Position numbers and translations under genes: made by a program. Source: a candidate division FCPU426 bacterium (GTDB lineage Bacteria; Oederibacteriota; Muellerivitia; Muellerivitales; Muellerivitaceae). Taken from it: a stretch of 64,000 nt of DNA. Position 1 is the first letter of the stretch. Each line of letters opens with the position of its first letter. The stretch covers positions 128,001 through 192,000 of the forward strand of contig CAVYSE010000007.1 in NCBI GenBank assembly GCA_963771075.1. Direction: 5' to 3'. The notes under the pieces are model-generated. The model was not told the DNA's origin and did not search any database. It was given only the letters and a program-made list of their open reading frames with translations. This document shows, in pieces, positions 10,014 through 19,751 of the stretch.

Positions 10014-11120
10014 ATGCCGTCTTTATTCCCCAAGGTCCGTTCGATGATGTGGCCGGTATTCCTGTTGGCGGCAGTTTGGGCGGAGGCCGCCACGTCGACC
10101 TCAACAGTAACGCCGGCGCCCAGCCCTACGATCGTGGAAACAGTTCTTCCTGACCTGGCATCCCCAACCCCCAGTCCGGCCCCAAAACCAGCCCCCGTTA
10201 AGCATCGAAAACCCAAACATTCTCCCACCCCGTCGGCAATGGCCTTTCCCACCCTGACCGCCCAATCCCTGGCAAGGATGACCCCGGGTACGCAACTGCC
10301 CAAGGAAGAAACGGGACCTGCCTATATCCTGGCGACCGACGCCGATGCGATCGACTTAAAAAGGCTTCGGGACCCCAAGGCGCTGGCTCAGGTCCATTCG
10401 GTGGAGGATGGGGAAAACTGGTGGTCCATCGCGAGCGACTTCAAGATTGACGTCAATACCCTGATCGGGGCCAATCCGAGCCTCCCGCTCAAGGCCCGGA
10501 TCAACCGGCCCATCGTCATTCTCTCGGAAAGGGGAGTCCTGCACACGGTACAAAAGGGTGAAACCCTTCAATCCATCGCCTCCATTTACAAGGCGGACCC
10601 CAAGGCCCTGGAAAAGATCAACGACATCCATTGGTGGTGGTGGAAAACCCTGAAGGTAGGGGACGTGCTGTTCATCCCCGGTGCCCGGCCCATCCGCATG
10701 ATCCAGGATTGGCAGGACTATTTCGCCAAACGGAACATATTCGGCAATCCCTTGGGGATGTGGCGCGCCATCACCTCGCCTTTCGGGAAAAGATACGATC
10801 CCCTCAACGGCAATACCCGCCACCATTCGGGGTTGGACCTGCGGGCGAAGTATGGGGACCCGGTCTATGCGGCCCGGGGAGGAACGGTTATCTTTACGGG
10901 CATTTCCGGCGGATACGGCAACCTCATCCAGATCGCCCACGGGACCGGGTACATCACCTTTTACGGCCATCTTTCCAAAATACTCGTTTCCCAGGGGCAG
11001 AAGGTTCGCAGGGGGCAGTTGATCGGGAGGGTCGGGGCCACCGGCCGCGTGACGGGACCCCATCTTCACTTTGAGATCCGAAAGAACGGCAAAGCCGTCG
11101 ACCCCTTGCCCTATATTTAA
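10014..11120 (+). CDS. Secreted LysM-domain M23 family peptidase
   Basis: Signal peptide, Thr/Pro-rich linker, two LysM repeats, ITSPFGKRYDP, HSGLDL, GGYGNLI, YGHLS, TGPHLHFEI. Confidence 0.92.
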   Translation: MPSLFPKVRSMMWPVFLLAAVWAEAATSTSTVTPAPSPTIVETVLPDLASPTPSPAPKPAPVKHRKPKHSPTPSAMAFPTLTAQSLARMTPGTQLPKEETGPAYILATDADAIDLKRLRDPKALAQVHSVEDGENWWSIASDFKIDVNTLIGANPSLPLKARINRPIVILSERGVLHTVQKGETLQSIASIYKADPKALEKINDIHWWWWKTLKVGDVLFIPGARPIRMIQDWQDYFAKRNIFGNPLGMWRAITSPFGKRYDPLNGNTRHHSGLDLRAKYGDPVYAARGGTVIFTGISGGYGNLIQIAHGTGYITFYGHLSKILVSQGQKVRRGQLIGRVGATGRVTGPHLHFEIRKNGKAVDPLPYI

Positions 11121-11270
11121 ATTTTAACCCGATGGTTCTCTAGTAAGAGATTTGGCCCCGATTCGCCCGTCTTTTTCCTATTTTTTAGATGGATGGGGTT
11201 TGCTAACACAAGTCATATTTATTCCTGCGGGGTTCCGGCATACTCGGATTTCTTACATTAGGGAGGGGTC

Positions 11271-11519
11271 ATGGCCAAGCGTAAGGGGCGGGTCGAGGTG
11301 GACGCGAACCGTTGCAAGGCTTGCGGACTCTGCATGGAATTCTGTCCCAAGGATTGCTTTGAAACGGGCCAGGGCCTGAATCCCCTTGGCTTCATTCCCA
11401 TTCGTTACCGGGAAGATTCGGATTGTACCGCCTGCGGAAATTGCGCATCCATGTGCCCCGATATGGCCTTGAAGATCTGGGCCCTGGATGATACAGCCGC
11501 CGCTGAGGCAAGCCGATGA
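11271..11519 (+). CDS. 2x[4Fe-4S] ferredoxin-like delta subunit of a 2-oxoacid:ferredoxin oxidoreductase
   Basis: CKACGLCMEFCP and CTACGNCASMCP; RBS GGAGG; first gene of the operon. Confidence 0.92.
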   Translation: MAKRKGRVEVDANRCKACGLCMEFCPKDCFETGQGLNPLGFIPIRYREDSDCTACGNCASMCPDMALKIWALDDTAAAEASR

Positions 11520-12577
11520 CCGCCACCCTGATCAAGGGCAACGAGGTCATTACCGAGGCGGCGATCGCCGCCGGTTGCACATTTTACGCGGGTTACCCCA
11601 TCACCCCCCAAAATGAGATTACCTCCTCCATGGCCAGGCGCATGCCCCAGGAGGGTAGGACCTTCATCCAGGCGGAAAGCGAAATCGCCGCGATCAACCT
11701 TTGTTTCGGGGCCTCGGTTGCCGGCGCCCGCGCCATGACCTCCACCTCCTCCCCCGGTTTCAGCCTCATGCAGGAGGCGGTGTCCTACATGGCCGGTTGC
11801 GAGGTCCCCTGCGTCCTGGTCAACGTCATGCGGGGCGGACCCGGCTTGGGCAACATCCAGCCCTCTCAGGCGGATTACTTCCAGGCCGTGAAGGGCGGCG
11901 GCCACGGCGACTACCATTGCCTCGTCCTGGCCCCCGCCACCGTTTCCGAAGCCTACACCTTCACCCAAATGGCGTTTGACTTGGCGGACAAGTATCGCAA
12001 CCCCGTCCTATTGCTTGCCGATGGCCAACTGGGCCAGCTCATGGAGCCGGTGGAGCTTGCCCCTCCGCAGGCCCGCCAGCTGCCTCCCCGTTCCTGGGCG
12101 CTGGACGGCGCGAAGGGCCGCAAACCCAGGCTCATCCGGTCACTCCTGATGGTGGACGGTGAACTGGAGAAGCATAACTACGAACTTGCCAAGAAATATC
12201 GTTCCATGGCCGGGGAAGCGCGTTGGGAATCGGAAAAACAGGAAAATTCAGAATTGTTGGTGGTGGCCTATGGTTCCACTTCCCGGGTGGTCAGGGCGGC
12301 CGTGAGGGAGGCGCGAGCCGGGGGTTTACCAGTTGAGTGGTTCCGCCCCCAAACCCTTTGGCCCTTTCCCTCGGAGGCGGTTCGGGAAGTTGCCCAACGC
12401 TGCGGCCGGGTGTTGGTGGTGGAAATGAGCCAGGGCCAGATGGTGGAAGACGTACGGTTGGCCGTGGAAGGCAAGGTGCCCGTGGAGTTTTTTGGGCGGC
12501 CGGGCGGGGCGGTGCCGAGCCCTAGCGAAGTCCTCGCGGCCATGAAAAAAGCCCTCGGAATAAAGGCTATGGCATGA
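11516..12577 (+). CDS. vorB: 2-oxoacid:ferredoxin oxidoreductase alpha subunit (VorB type)
   Basis: KGNE, YAGYPITPQ, QAESEIAAIN, TSTSSPGFSL, RGGPGLGNIQPSQADYFQAVKGGGHGDY. Confidence 0.88.
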   Translation: MTATLIKGNEVITEAAIAAGCTFYAGYPITPQNEITSSMARRMPQEGRTFIQAESEIAAINLCFGASVAGARAMTSTSSPGFSLMQEAVSYMAGCEVPCVLVNVMRGGPGLGNIQPSQADYFQAVKGGGHGDYHCLVLAPATVSEAYTFTQMAFDLADKYRNPVLLLADGQLGQLMEPVELAPPQARQLPPRSWALDGAKGRKPRLIRSLLMVDGELEKHNYELAKKYRSMAGEARWESEKQENSELLVVAYGSTSRVVRAAVREARAGGLPVEWFRPQTLWPFPSEAVREVAQRCGRVLVVEMSQGQMVEDVRLAVEGKVPVEFFGRPGGAVPSPSEVLAAMKKALGIKAMA

Positions 12578-13308
12578 AACTGACCAATCCCCTCGCCGAA
12601 TCTATGAAAGAAACTCCCCATACCTATTGCTCCGGGTGCGGGCATGGCGTGGCGCACCGGCTGGTGGCCGAGGTGCTGGATGAGCTGGGGGTACGCGAAA
12701 AGACCGTGGGGGTAGCGCCCGTGGGTTGCGCGGTATTCGCCTATGACTACTGGAATTTCGATGTAACCGAGGCGCCCCATGGCCGAACCCCTTGCGTGGC
12801 AACCGGAATCAAGCGGGTTTTGCCCGACCATGTGGTATTTAGCTACCAGGGGGATGGCGACCTGGCTTCCATTGGCATGGGTGAGATCATTCACACCGCT
12901 AATCGGGGAGATAACATCACCGTGGTCTTCATCAACAACGCCAATTACGGCATGACCGGCGGCCAGATGGCGCCCACCACCCCCATGGGAATGAAAACCG
13001 CCACCACCCCCCTGGGGCGATCCATGGGGGACGGCCATCCGATCCACGTACCTGAATTGTTGAACGCACTGGAAGCCCCCGTCTACCTGGACCGCCAATC
13101 TCTTCATGACCCCGCCCACGCTCGAAAGGCCAAGCATTCGCTGAAAAAAGCATTCCAAATTCAAATGCAGGGCAAGGGGTTCTCGTTGGTGGAAATATTG
13201 TCGGCCTGTCCGTCTAATTGGGGCATGACTCCTGTGGACGCCTTGAAGTGGATGGGCGAGCACATGATGAAAACTTTCCCGTTGGGTGTGGTCAGGGATA
13301 AATCTTAA
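12574..13308 (+). CDS. 2-oxoacid:ferredoxin oxidoreductase beta (TPP-binding) subunit
   Basis: YCSGCGHG, PVGC, HGR, YQGDGDLASIG, NNANYGMTGGQMAPTT. Confidence 0.92.
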   Translation: MKLTNPLAESMKETPHTYCSGCGHGVAHRLVAEVLDELGVREKTVGVAPVGCAVFAYDYWNFDVTEAPHGRTPCVATGIKRVLPDHVVFSYQGDGDLASIGMGEIIHTANRGDNITVVFINNANYGMTGGQMAPTTPMGMKTATTPLGRSMGDGHPIHVPELLNALEAPVYLDRQSLHDPAHARKAKHSLKKAFQIQMQGKGFSLVEILSACPSNWGMTPVDALKWMGEHMMKTFPLGVVRDKS

Positions 13309-13330
13309 AGGCTGAAACAAAAAATTAATT

Positions 13331-13440
13331 ATTCACCGCGGATATCCGGAGCACACCGGGAACTAAGGAAGATTAAAAAATTAAGAATATTCGATTTTAG
13401 GATCGATTTTCTTCGCGAATTTCGCGACCTCGCAGTGAAT
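13331..13440. repeat. 110-bp element with terminal inverted repeats (dispersed family, copy A)
   Basis: ATTCACCGCG 13331-13340 vs CGCAGTGAAT 13431-13440 (9/10 complementary), AT-rich core. Confidence 0.65.
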
Positions 13441-13460
13441 GATGTCTTTGGGGGGCTGGC

Positions 13461-14015
13461 ATGAGGGAAGAATTTCATTTTCGAGGTTCGGGCGGGCAGG
13501 GTATCCTGATGATGGGGCTCGTCATGGCCCATTCCGCCCTCAAGGACGGTCTTCATGTGACTTGGATCCCCTCCTATGCAGCCGAGCGCCGTGGCGGGGC
13601 TTCTTTTTGTGCGGTGACCGTTTCGGATGAACCGGTGGATTGTCCCCTCACGGACCAGCCCACCCTTCTTTTCGCCATGGACCAGCGCGCGGCCCACAAT
13701 TACGCCCAGTTTCTACGGCCGGACGCCGTGCTTATTTACAACGCATCGCTGGTGACTGAGCCGCCCGCGGGGAAAAACCGTTCCTTCGGGATCGAAGCCT
13801 CGAAGATAGCCTCCGAGGCCAAACTGGCGGCTGCGGCCAATATGGCGGCTTTGGGGGCGGTCTTGGCGGTCAAACCCGTGGTGAAATTGCCCACTGTCGC
13901 CCAAGCTTTGGAAGTGGCGTTGGGCGAACGCAAGAAACACCTAGCCCCAGCCAATTTCAGCGTGCTGGAAACCGGATTCAAGACCGTCCGTGCAGTTTCC
14001 CCCGTCATATTTTAA
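13461..14015 (+). CDS. 2-oxoacid:ferredoxin oxidoreductase gamma subunit
   Basis: GSGGQGIL, WIPSYAAERRGGAS, ANMAALGA. Confidence 0.92.
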   Translation: MREEFHFRGSGGQGILMMGLVMAHSALKDGLHVTWIPSYAAERRGGASFCAVTVSDEPVDCPLTDQPTLLFAMDQRAAHNYAQFLRPDAVLIYNASLVTEPPAGKNRSFGIEASKIASEAKLAAAANMAALGAVLAVKPVVKLPTVAQALEVALGERKKHLAPANFSVLETGFKTVRAVSPVIF

Positions 14016-14282
14016 AGATTCAAAGTTTTCACACTTGGGTATTCCATCCACTCTTCCCGATAAAGATGAATGAATGACAGGCTGGTTTCTTGCGGAAATC
14101 AACCTAAGCATTGTTGAATAGTCATCCATATATTAATTAAGCCCAAGAAAAACCTTATTTCTCCCCCTTGCTTCTTGAAGGCAACCCCGATTTACTGCTT
14201 GGACATGGATATACTGATGTTCTTGCGGGGATAACACCTCACAGATACGCTCGAATTTGACCGCAAATCAAGGAAAGACTCG

Positions 14283-17200
14283 TTGGATCCAAGATTCTTA
14301 AAAGAAAAGGGAACCGAGACCTTCACGGGCAATGAATTGATCGTGAAGGGGGGAATGGAAGCCGGGATGCACCTCCTGACCGGCTATCCCGGTTCACCGG
14401 TAGCTGATGTATTCGAGGCCGCGGCCAATGTAACCCCCTACCTCAGGGAAAAAGGCATTCTCGCCCAAATCGCCAACAATGAGGCACTCGCGGCTGCTCG
14501 GTTGAACGGGGCCCAAATCGCCGGTTTAAGGGCCATTGCCGTCATGAAATCCGTGGGTTACCACGTGGCGGCGGACGCACTTTTCGCTGCCAGCCTGGCC
14601 AAAACGGGCCATCGGGGGGCGGGCGTCATTGTGATCGGGGACGACCCCTGGAGCGAAACCACCCAGGTTCCCATGGACTCCCGGCGCCTGTCCGACCATC
14701 TTTTCATCCCGGTGCTGGAACCGGCTACCTTTCAAGAGATCAAGGATTGGATCCGGGTCGCCTTTGAGCTTTCCGAGGAATCTGATCTTTTCATCTCCTA
14801 CCTGCTCATCACCTATAACGCGGAGGGGGGCGGATGTGTGGAAACCCGACCCAACCAGCCTCCCTCGGGGACTAGCACCCTCCATAAGGTCACCCTTGAC
14901 AGTTCCACCTTCGATACCCAGCACAGCATCGTACTTCCTCCCCATACCCTGCGGTTAGAAAGGGAATCCCAGGAGATAAAGTTCCCCCAGCTTCTAATAT
15001 CGGCCCGGGCCAAGGGCATCAATCGGGTCCTGCCCGGGGACGGGAAGAACGACCTTGCTTTCGTGACGGCGGGCGCCTCCTATACCTATCTGGAACAGGC
15101 CCTCTCCGAATTCGGCCTTTCCGGCAAGATCCCCATACTCAAACTGGGTATGACCTATCCCGTCGACCCGGAAGCGGTGAAGGAGATTCTGAAACATTCG
15201 AAGAACCTGGTTGTGGTTGAGGAGAAACGCCGTTTCATCGAGGCGCAGGTCCGCAACATCGTCCTGGACCTATACCAGGCGGGAGATTTAGAGGAGATGC
15301 CGACGGTTTGGGGTAAAGTTTTTCCCGATGGCTTAAAAGGCTTTCCTGCCGACCAGGGCTTAAGCCCGGCGGAGGTCATGCGGACCCTGGCCCCCCTGCT
15401 GGATAAGTACGAGCGGTCCAGCGCCCAGGTGAAAAAAGAGATCACTTTCCTCGACAGCCTGGTCCATACCGACATAGACATCCCCAAGCGGACCGCTTCC
15501 TTTTGCCCGGGCTGCCCCCACCGGGACTCGGCTACGATCTTCCTTCAGTTGGTGAAGGATTTCAAAGACCCGGCCTTCATGAAACGAAAATACAAAAGGG
15601 AACCCCTGGATATATTGTTCCACGGCGACGCGGGATGTTACGTGCTCCTCTTCATGCCTCCCTTCGGTCCCCTCATGCACAACTATATCGGAATGGGCCT
15701 GGGCGGCGGCACCGGCGCGGGCCTTACGCCCTTCTCCACCAACAAAAGTGTTTGCTTCATCGGCGATTCCACTTTCTTCCACTCGGGTCTTTCGGCGGTT
15801 TCCGACGCCATCAAGAACAAGCAGGATGTCCTCTATGTGGTCCTGGACAACAAGACCACCGCCATGACGGGCCACCAACCCCACGCAGGCATGGACCAGG
15901 ACCTGATGGGCAACCCCACCTTCGCCCAGGATATCGAGAAGGTCCTTGCGGGCCTGACCGAGGGCTTGGACGTTTCCATCGCCCGGGTGAACCCCGAGGA
16001 CCGGCAGGCCTACCGGGACCTGCTTGAGGAAATGATCCTGGAACCCGGGGTGAAATTCGTGATCGCCGACAAGGAATGCGGCATCACCTACCACCGCCGG
16101 TTCCGCAAACAGATGAGCAAGGAAAACGCCAAGCTGGGCTATCACCCCACCCAGAAGCGCATCAACGTGAACGACCATGTGTGCGAATATTGCCTGGAAT
16201 GCACCAACTTGACCGGTTGCCCCGGCCTAGCCATCGAGGAAACCCTTTATGGGCCCAAGATCGGCACCGACCTTTCCTATTGCGTCTCCGACATGGCCTG
16301 CACCCGCACCAAGGTCTGCCCCTCCTTCGAGGAGCTCACCATCCTGCGCAACCACAAGGCGCCCTCCTTGACCCTGCCCAACCCGGAAACCCTGCCCCTG
16401 CCCGAATCCGCGAGTTTCAACGAGGACTGGCGAGCCTACTTGTGCGGAGTCGGGGGCATGGGCATCGGCAGTTCAACCGCGGTGCTGGTGCGGGCCGCGC
16501 TTAAAAAGGGCTACCACGTCACCTTCTGCGACAAGAAGGGCATTGCCATCCGCAACGGGGGGGTCAATTCCCAGATCACCTTCTCCAAGAGGAAAAAGGT
16601 AGTCGCGCCCCTCTTTCCGCAGGGCAAGGCCGACCTGATCCTGGGGCTGGATATCCTCGAAGCGGCCCGGGGTCTCGACCCCCGGATGAACTTCCGGGTT
16701 GGGAGCCGGGAATTCACCCACTCGGTGGTCAACACCCACAAGACCCATACCATCCTCACCCTCATGGGCCAGGACGATTTTTCGCCCGCCGAACTGGCCG
16801 AGCTGTTCAAGAAGTACACCATGGATTACCTGGGCGCGGACATGAGCGCCATCGCGGAAAAGTACCTGGGCAACAAGGTGTTCGTGAACGTGCTGATGTT
16901 GGGCGTGGCTTTCCAAAGGGGGCTTCTTCCGCTGAAGCTGGAGGACCTGGTCGAGTCCATCCGGGAGAACTTTCCGGCTCGCGCCGCAGATTACAATATC
17001 AATGCCCTTCACCTGGGCCGGGACATGGCGCTCAACCCGGACAAGTACAACGCCGACGTCCGCATGGGCTTCCAGGAAGTGATGACGGTCAAATCACTGG
17101 TGCTGGGCGCTTCCCGGGCCAAGACCTACCGGGCCATGGCCGACGAGTTCCTAAAGGCGTGGGAGGGCGACGAGGACACCCGGCTCCAGTTCGTCACCCG

Positions 17201-17831
17201 GCTTTACGACCTGATCGAATTCGAGGATATCCATTACGCGCGCTTCTATTTGAACCGGGTGCTGGAAATCCTGAGGAAGGACTCGGCCCGGGAAGGGTTT
17301 GAGGCTACCCGGGTGGTGGTGAAATACCTGCACAAGGTCATGGAGATCAAGGACGAGGTATACGTGGCCCATCTGCTGACTAGCCCGGAGAAATATAAGA
17401 AGGACGCGAAACGCTATAAGGTGGACCTAAGGGGCGGGGACCGGATCGTCTACAAACACCTCAACCGTCCCCGGTTCGACCTGTTCGGCTTCAGCCTCGA
17501 GTTCGATTTCGATAGCAGTGACTGGATGCTTCAGATCATGAAGCGCATGAAATTCCTAAGGCTCTTGATGCCCTCCTGGCACAAGCGAGAGAAGGCCTTC
17601 CGGGCCTGGTACCAGGGCCTAACCGCCAAGTTCGAGTATCAATCTCCGGCTGAATACCGCCGTTGGGTGAGGGCATTGAGCGTGCCGGAAGAGGTGAGGG
17701 GCTACCGCGAGGTCCGGTATCCCAAAATGGAGATTGCCATGGAGAAGGCCCAGGCCATCCTTTCCGGGGCCGAGGAACCCATGGCCTATCCGCATGACAC
17801 CTTGAAATCTAATAAAACTGCAGTCCGTTGA
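14283..17831 (+). CDS. Fused indolepyruvate:ferredoxin oxidoreductase-family protein (alpha + beta + C-terminal helical domain)
   Basis: TGNE, TGYPGSP, NNEALA, KSVG, SFCPGCPH, IGDSTFFHSG, LDNKTTAMTGHQ, CEYCLEC...GCP, GVGGMG, KDEVYVA, PEEVRGYREVR; TTG start behind AAGGA. Confidence 0.88.
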   Translation: MDPRFLKEKGTETFTGNELIVKGGMEAGMHLLTGYPGSPVADVFEAAANVTPYLREKGILAQIANNEALAAARLNGAQIAGLRAIAVMKSVGYHVAADALFAASLAKTGHRGAGVIVIGDDPWSETTQVPMDSRRLSDHLFIPVLEPATFQEIKDWIRVAFELSEESDLFISYLLITYNAEGGGCVETRPNQPPSGTSTLHKVTLDSSTFDTQHSIVLPPHTLRLERESQEIKFPQLLISARAKGINRVLPGDGKNDLAFVTAGASYTYLEQALSEFGLSGKIPILKLGMTYPVDPEAVKEILKHSKNLVVVEEKRRFIEAQVRNIVLDLYQAGDLEEMPTVWGKVFPDGLKGFPADQGLSPAEVMRTLAPLLDKYERSSAQVKKEITFLDSLVHTDIDIPKRTASFCPGCPHRDSATIFLQLVKDFKDPAFMKRKYKREPLDILFHGDAGCYVLLFMPPFGPLMHNYIGMGLGGGTGAGLTPFSTNKSVCFIGDSTFFHSGLSAVSDAIKNKQDVLYVVLDNKTTAMTGHQPHAGMDQDLMGNPTFAQDIEKVLAGLTEGLDVSIARVNPEDRQAYRDLLEEMILEPGVKFVIADKECGITYHRRFRKQMSKENAKLGYHPTQKRINVNDHVCEYCLECTNLTGCPGLAIEETLYGPKIGTDLSYCVSDMACTRTKVCPSFEELTILRNHKAPSLTLPNPETLPLPESASFNEDWRAYLCGVGGMGIGSSTAVLVRAALKKGYHVTFCDKKGIAIRNGGVNSQITFSKRKKVVAPLFPQGKADLILGLDILEAARGLDPRMNFRVGSREFTHSVVNTHKTHTILTLMGQDDFSPAELAELFKKYTMDYLGADMSAIAEKYLGNKVFVNVLMLGVAFQRGLLPLKLEDLVESIRENFPARAADYNINALHLGRDMALNPDKYNADVRMGFQEVMTVKSLVLGASRAKTYRAMADEFLKAWEGDEDTRLQFVTRLYDLIEFEDIHYARFYLNRVLEILRKDSAREGFEATRVVVKYLHKVMEIKDEVYVAHLLTSPEKYKKDAKRYKVDLRGGDRIVYKHLNRPRFDLFGFSLEFDFDSSDWMLQIMKRMKFLRLLMPSWHKREKAFRAWYQGLTAKFEYQSPAEYRRWVRALSVPEEVRGYREVRYPKMEIAMEKAQAILSGAEEPMAYPHDTLKSNKTAVR

Positions 17832-17986
17832 GGAATTTTAAACACCCTACCCCATCCCAATCCTTGTTTAGCCACTGATCCACACGACCCGCTTCGCGCG
17901 TATGAATAAACAAGGTTAAAAACGGCTAAAAAATTAATTTATAATCAAATGCGTCTCATGTTTCCGTTCCGAGCTATAGTTTTGGG

Positions 17987-18688
17987 TTGAAAGGATTTAT
18001 TTTGGATAAAAATTCACGAAAACTATTATTCTTGCTTATCTTCGCGCTTGCGGTTCGTCCACTGGGCGCTGCCCACTTGCAGACCCTCATCCTCAAGGCC
18101 CAAAAGATTGACGCCAGTCATTTGATCCTTTCCTGGGAAGACCCCAATCCCATCATCGTCCAGGGTTATAACGTTTACAGCCGACAAGGGGGCCAGGGGC
18201 CCTTTTTCAAGCTCAATAGCAAGCTGTTGCGCACCAACCAGTATTATTTGACCGCGACCGCTGATTCCCAGTTCACCTTCCAGGTACGGGAAGTGGTTCA
18301 GCAGGAACCTCTTCGGGAAGGGTTAGCCTCGCTGGAATTGATGTTTTCCCAAAGGATGAATTCGGTGGACAAGAAAGCGTTGGACCCATCGCCGCGCGGG
18401 ATCATCGACCTGGTGAAGGTGGCTCATATGGCGAAATGGGCCAAGCCGGGAAGGAAGAACCTGGCGGGCTACAACGCCTATTACTGCGAGAAGCAGGATG
18501 GGGCCTTTATCAAGGCTAATGATGAGCCCTTCAGCAAGGTGAAGGCGCTTTTAAAGAACCTCACGCCAGGCAAAAATTATTACCTTGTCTTTACATCGTT
18601 GGGTAGCAACAACAAGGAAAGCGAACCTTCGGGGGTCTTGATGGCCCAGGCGGAACTTGCCCCGCCCGATCAGGCTTCTTTACCGTAA
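17987..18688 (+). CDS. Exported protein with two fibronectin type III-like domains
   Basis: Signal peptide; LSWEDP..GYNVY..FQVR and KW..GYNAY..NLTPGKNYYLV..ESEPS patterns; real start may be TTG 18002. Confidence 0.7.
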   Translation: MKGFILDKNSRKLLFLLIFALAVRPLGAAHLQTLILKAQKIDASHLILSWEDPNPIIVQGYNVYSRQGGQGPFFKLNSKLLRTNQYYLTATADSQFTFQVREVVQQEPLREGLASLELMFSQRMNSVDKKALDPSPRGIIDLVKVAHMAKWAKPGRKNLAGYNAYYCEKQDGAFIKANDEPFSKVKALLKNLTPGKNYYLVFTSLGSNNKESEPSGVLMAQAELAPPDQASLP

Positions 18689-18750
18689 CCGTAAATTAAC
18701 GGTGATGGAGGTCGGGGCGAAGGCATTACTCTTTTGGGTGAGTTAAAAAA

Positions 18751-19470
18751 ATGAAACAGACTTTCTTTGGGTCTTCCTGTGTTTGTCCTCTTTTGCCATT
18801 TTGGGAGCTAAAGAAAACAGGACTCTATCGACTTTTATCAACGGTTTATAGATGGTCGGTATGTTTTATATTTTGGTTTATTTTGTTTTTCGCTTCTCCC
18901 CTCATTGCTGGCGAGAAGTTCTCATCAATGACCTTTAAAGAACTTCTTCCCCTCGCGGTCTGCGCTGAAATGAATACCCTGGGGCAGGAATGCGGTATGA
19001 AACCCAAGGAATCGGCCAATCGGCAAAGTGCGGTGCAAACAGCCTTGGATGATCTTTGGTCATTGAATTATGGTGAGAAATCGCCTTTCAAGGACCGGCA
19101 AGCCGCCATCATTGTCCGCCGCCTCATTCGTTTAGACCTGGGCGTACTGGTTAAAAACCCGAAATTCGCGAAGATGGTATTTTTAAGGGGCGAATTGGGC
19201 ATTCATTTTCTTTTGGAACGGAACCAAAAAGATGATAACTGGGATCGATTAACATTGCCTCCCGAAATGATTGACCAGGTGTCGAGCATGGGTCGGGAAG
19301 CGGAGGACCTGTTCAATCAGGGGAAATATATTGAGATGCGCACAATCCTATACCAGGCCCTTTGGCTGGCCATGCCGTTAACGGCTGGACAACCCTTGCC
19401 CGACCTGAATGGAGGCCAGGATGTGGTTTATAACCTGATGGGTATTGCCGGGAGGATTCAACCCGGTTGA
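18751..19470 (+). CDS. Hypothetical protein, probably exported; start uncertain
   Basis: 239-codon ORF with hydrophobic VCFIFWFILFFASPLIA segment; no recognised motif. Confidence 0.55.
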   Translation: MKQTFFGSSCVCPLLPFWELKKTGLYRLLSTVYRWSVCFIFWFILFFASPLIAGEKFSSMTFKELLPLAVCAEMNTLGQECGMKPKESANRQSAVQTALDDLWSLNYGEKSPFKDRQAAIIVRRLIRLDLGVLVKNPKFAKMVFLRGELGIHFLLERNQKDDNWDRLTLPPEMIDQVSSMGREAEDLFNQGKYIEMRTILYQALWLAMPLTAGQPLPDLNGGQDVVYNLMGIAGRIQPG

Positions 19471-19579
19471 AAAAAATGACTATTACGGCTTGGTTCTATC
19501 AATAGCCAAAAAGGATTTACAAAAGCAAGAAGGTAAAGCGAAGATCGCGATAAACCATTTAAAGTCGCCTCGTTGAAAT

Positions 19580-19688
19580 CCCTGGCTTTAGCCCTGGACG
19601 TGCGAATTACGCACGAGTCGTCCCAGCCTAAGGCTGGGCAAGCGAATCTTGGACTTTGTGGAACCCCGGTCTTGCCCGGGGGCTCCAC
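19580..19688. repeat. Cluster of GC-rich REP-like palindromes between convergent genes
   Basis: CCCTGGCTTTAGCCCTGG 19580-19597; CGTGCG-AATTA-CGCACG 19599-19615; CCCAGCC-TAA-GGCTGGG 19622-19638; GTGGAACCCCGG-TCTTGC-CCGGGGGCTCCAC 19658-19688. Confidence 0.65.
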
Positions 19689-19751
19689 CCAATAGGTACA
19701 TGTTCATACACAATGATCAGTTTTAATGATATTTGGCTTATTCAACGGTGC

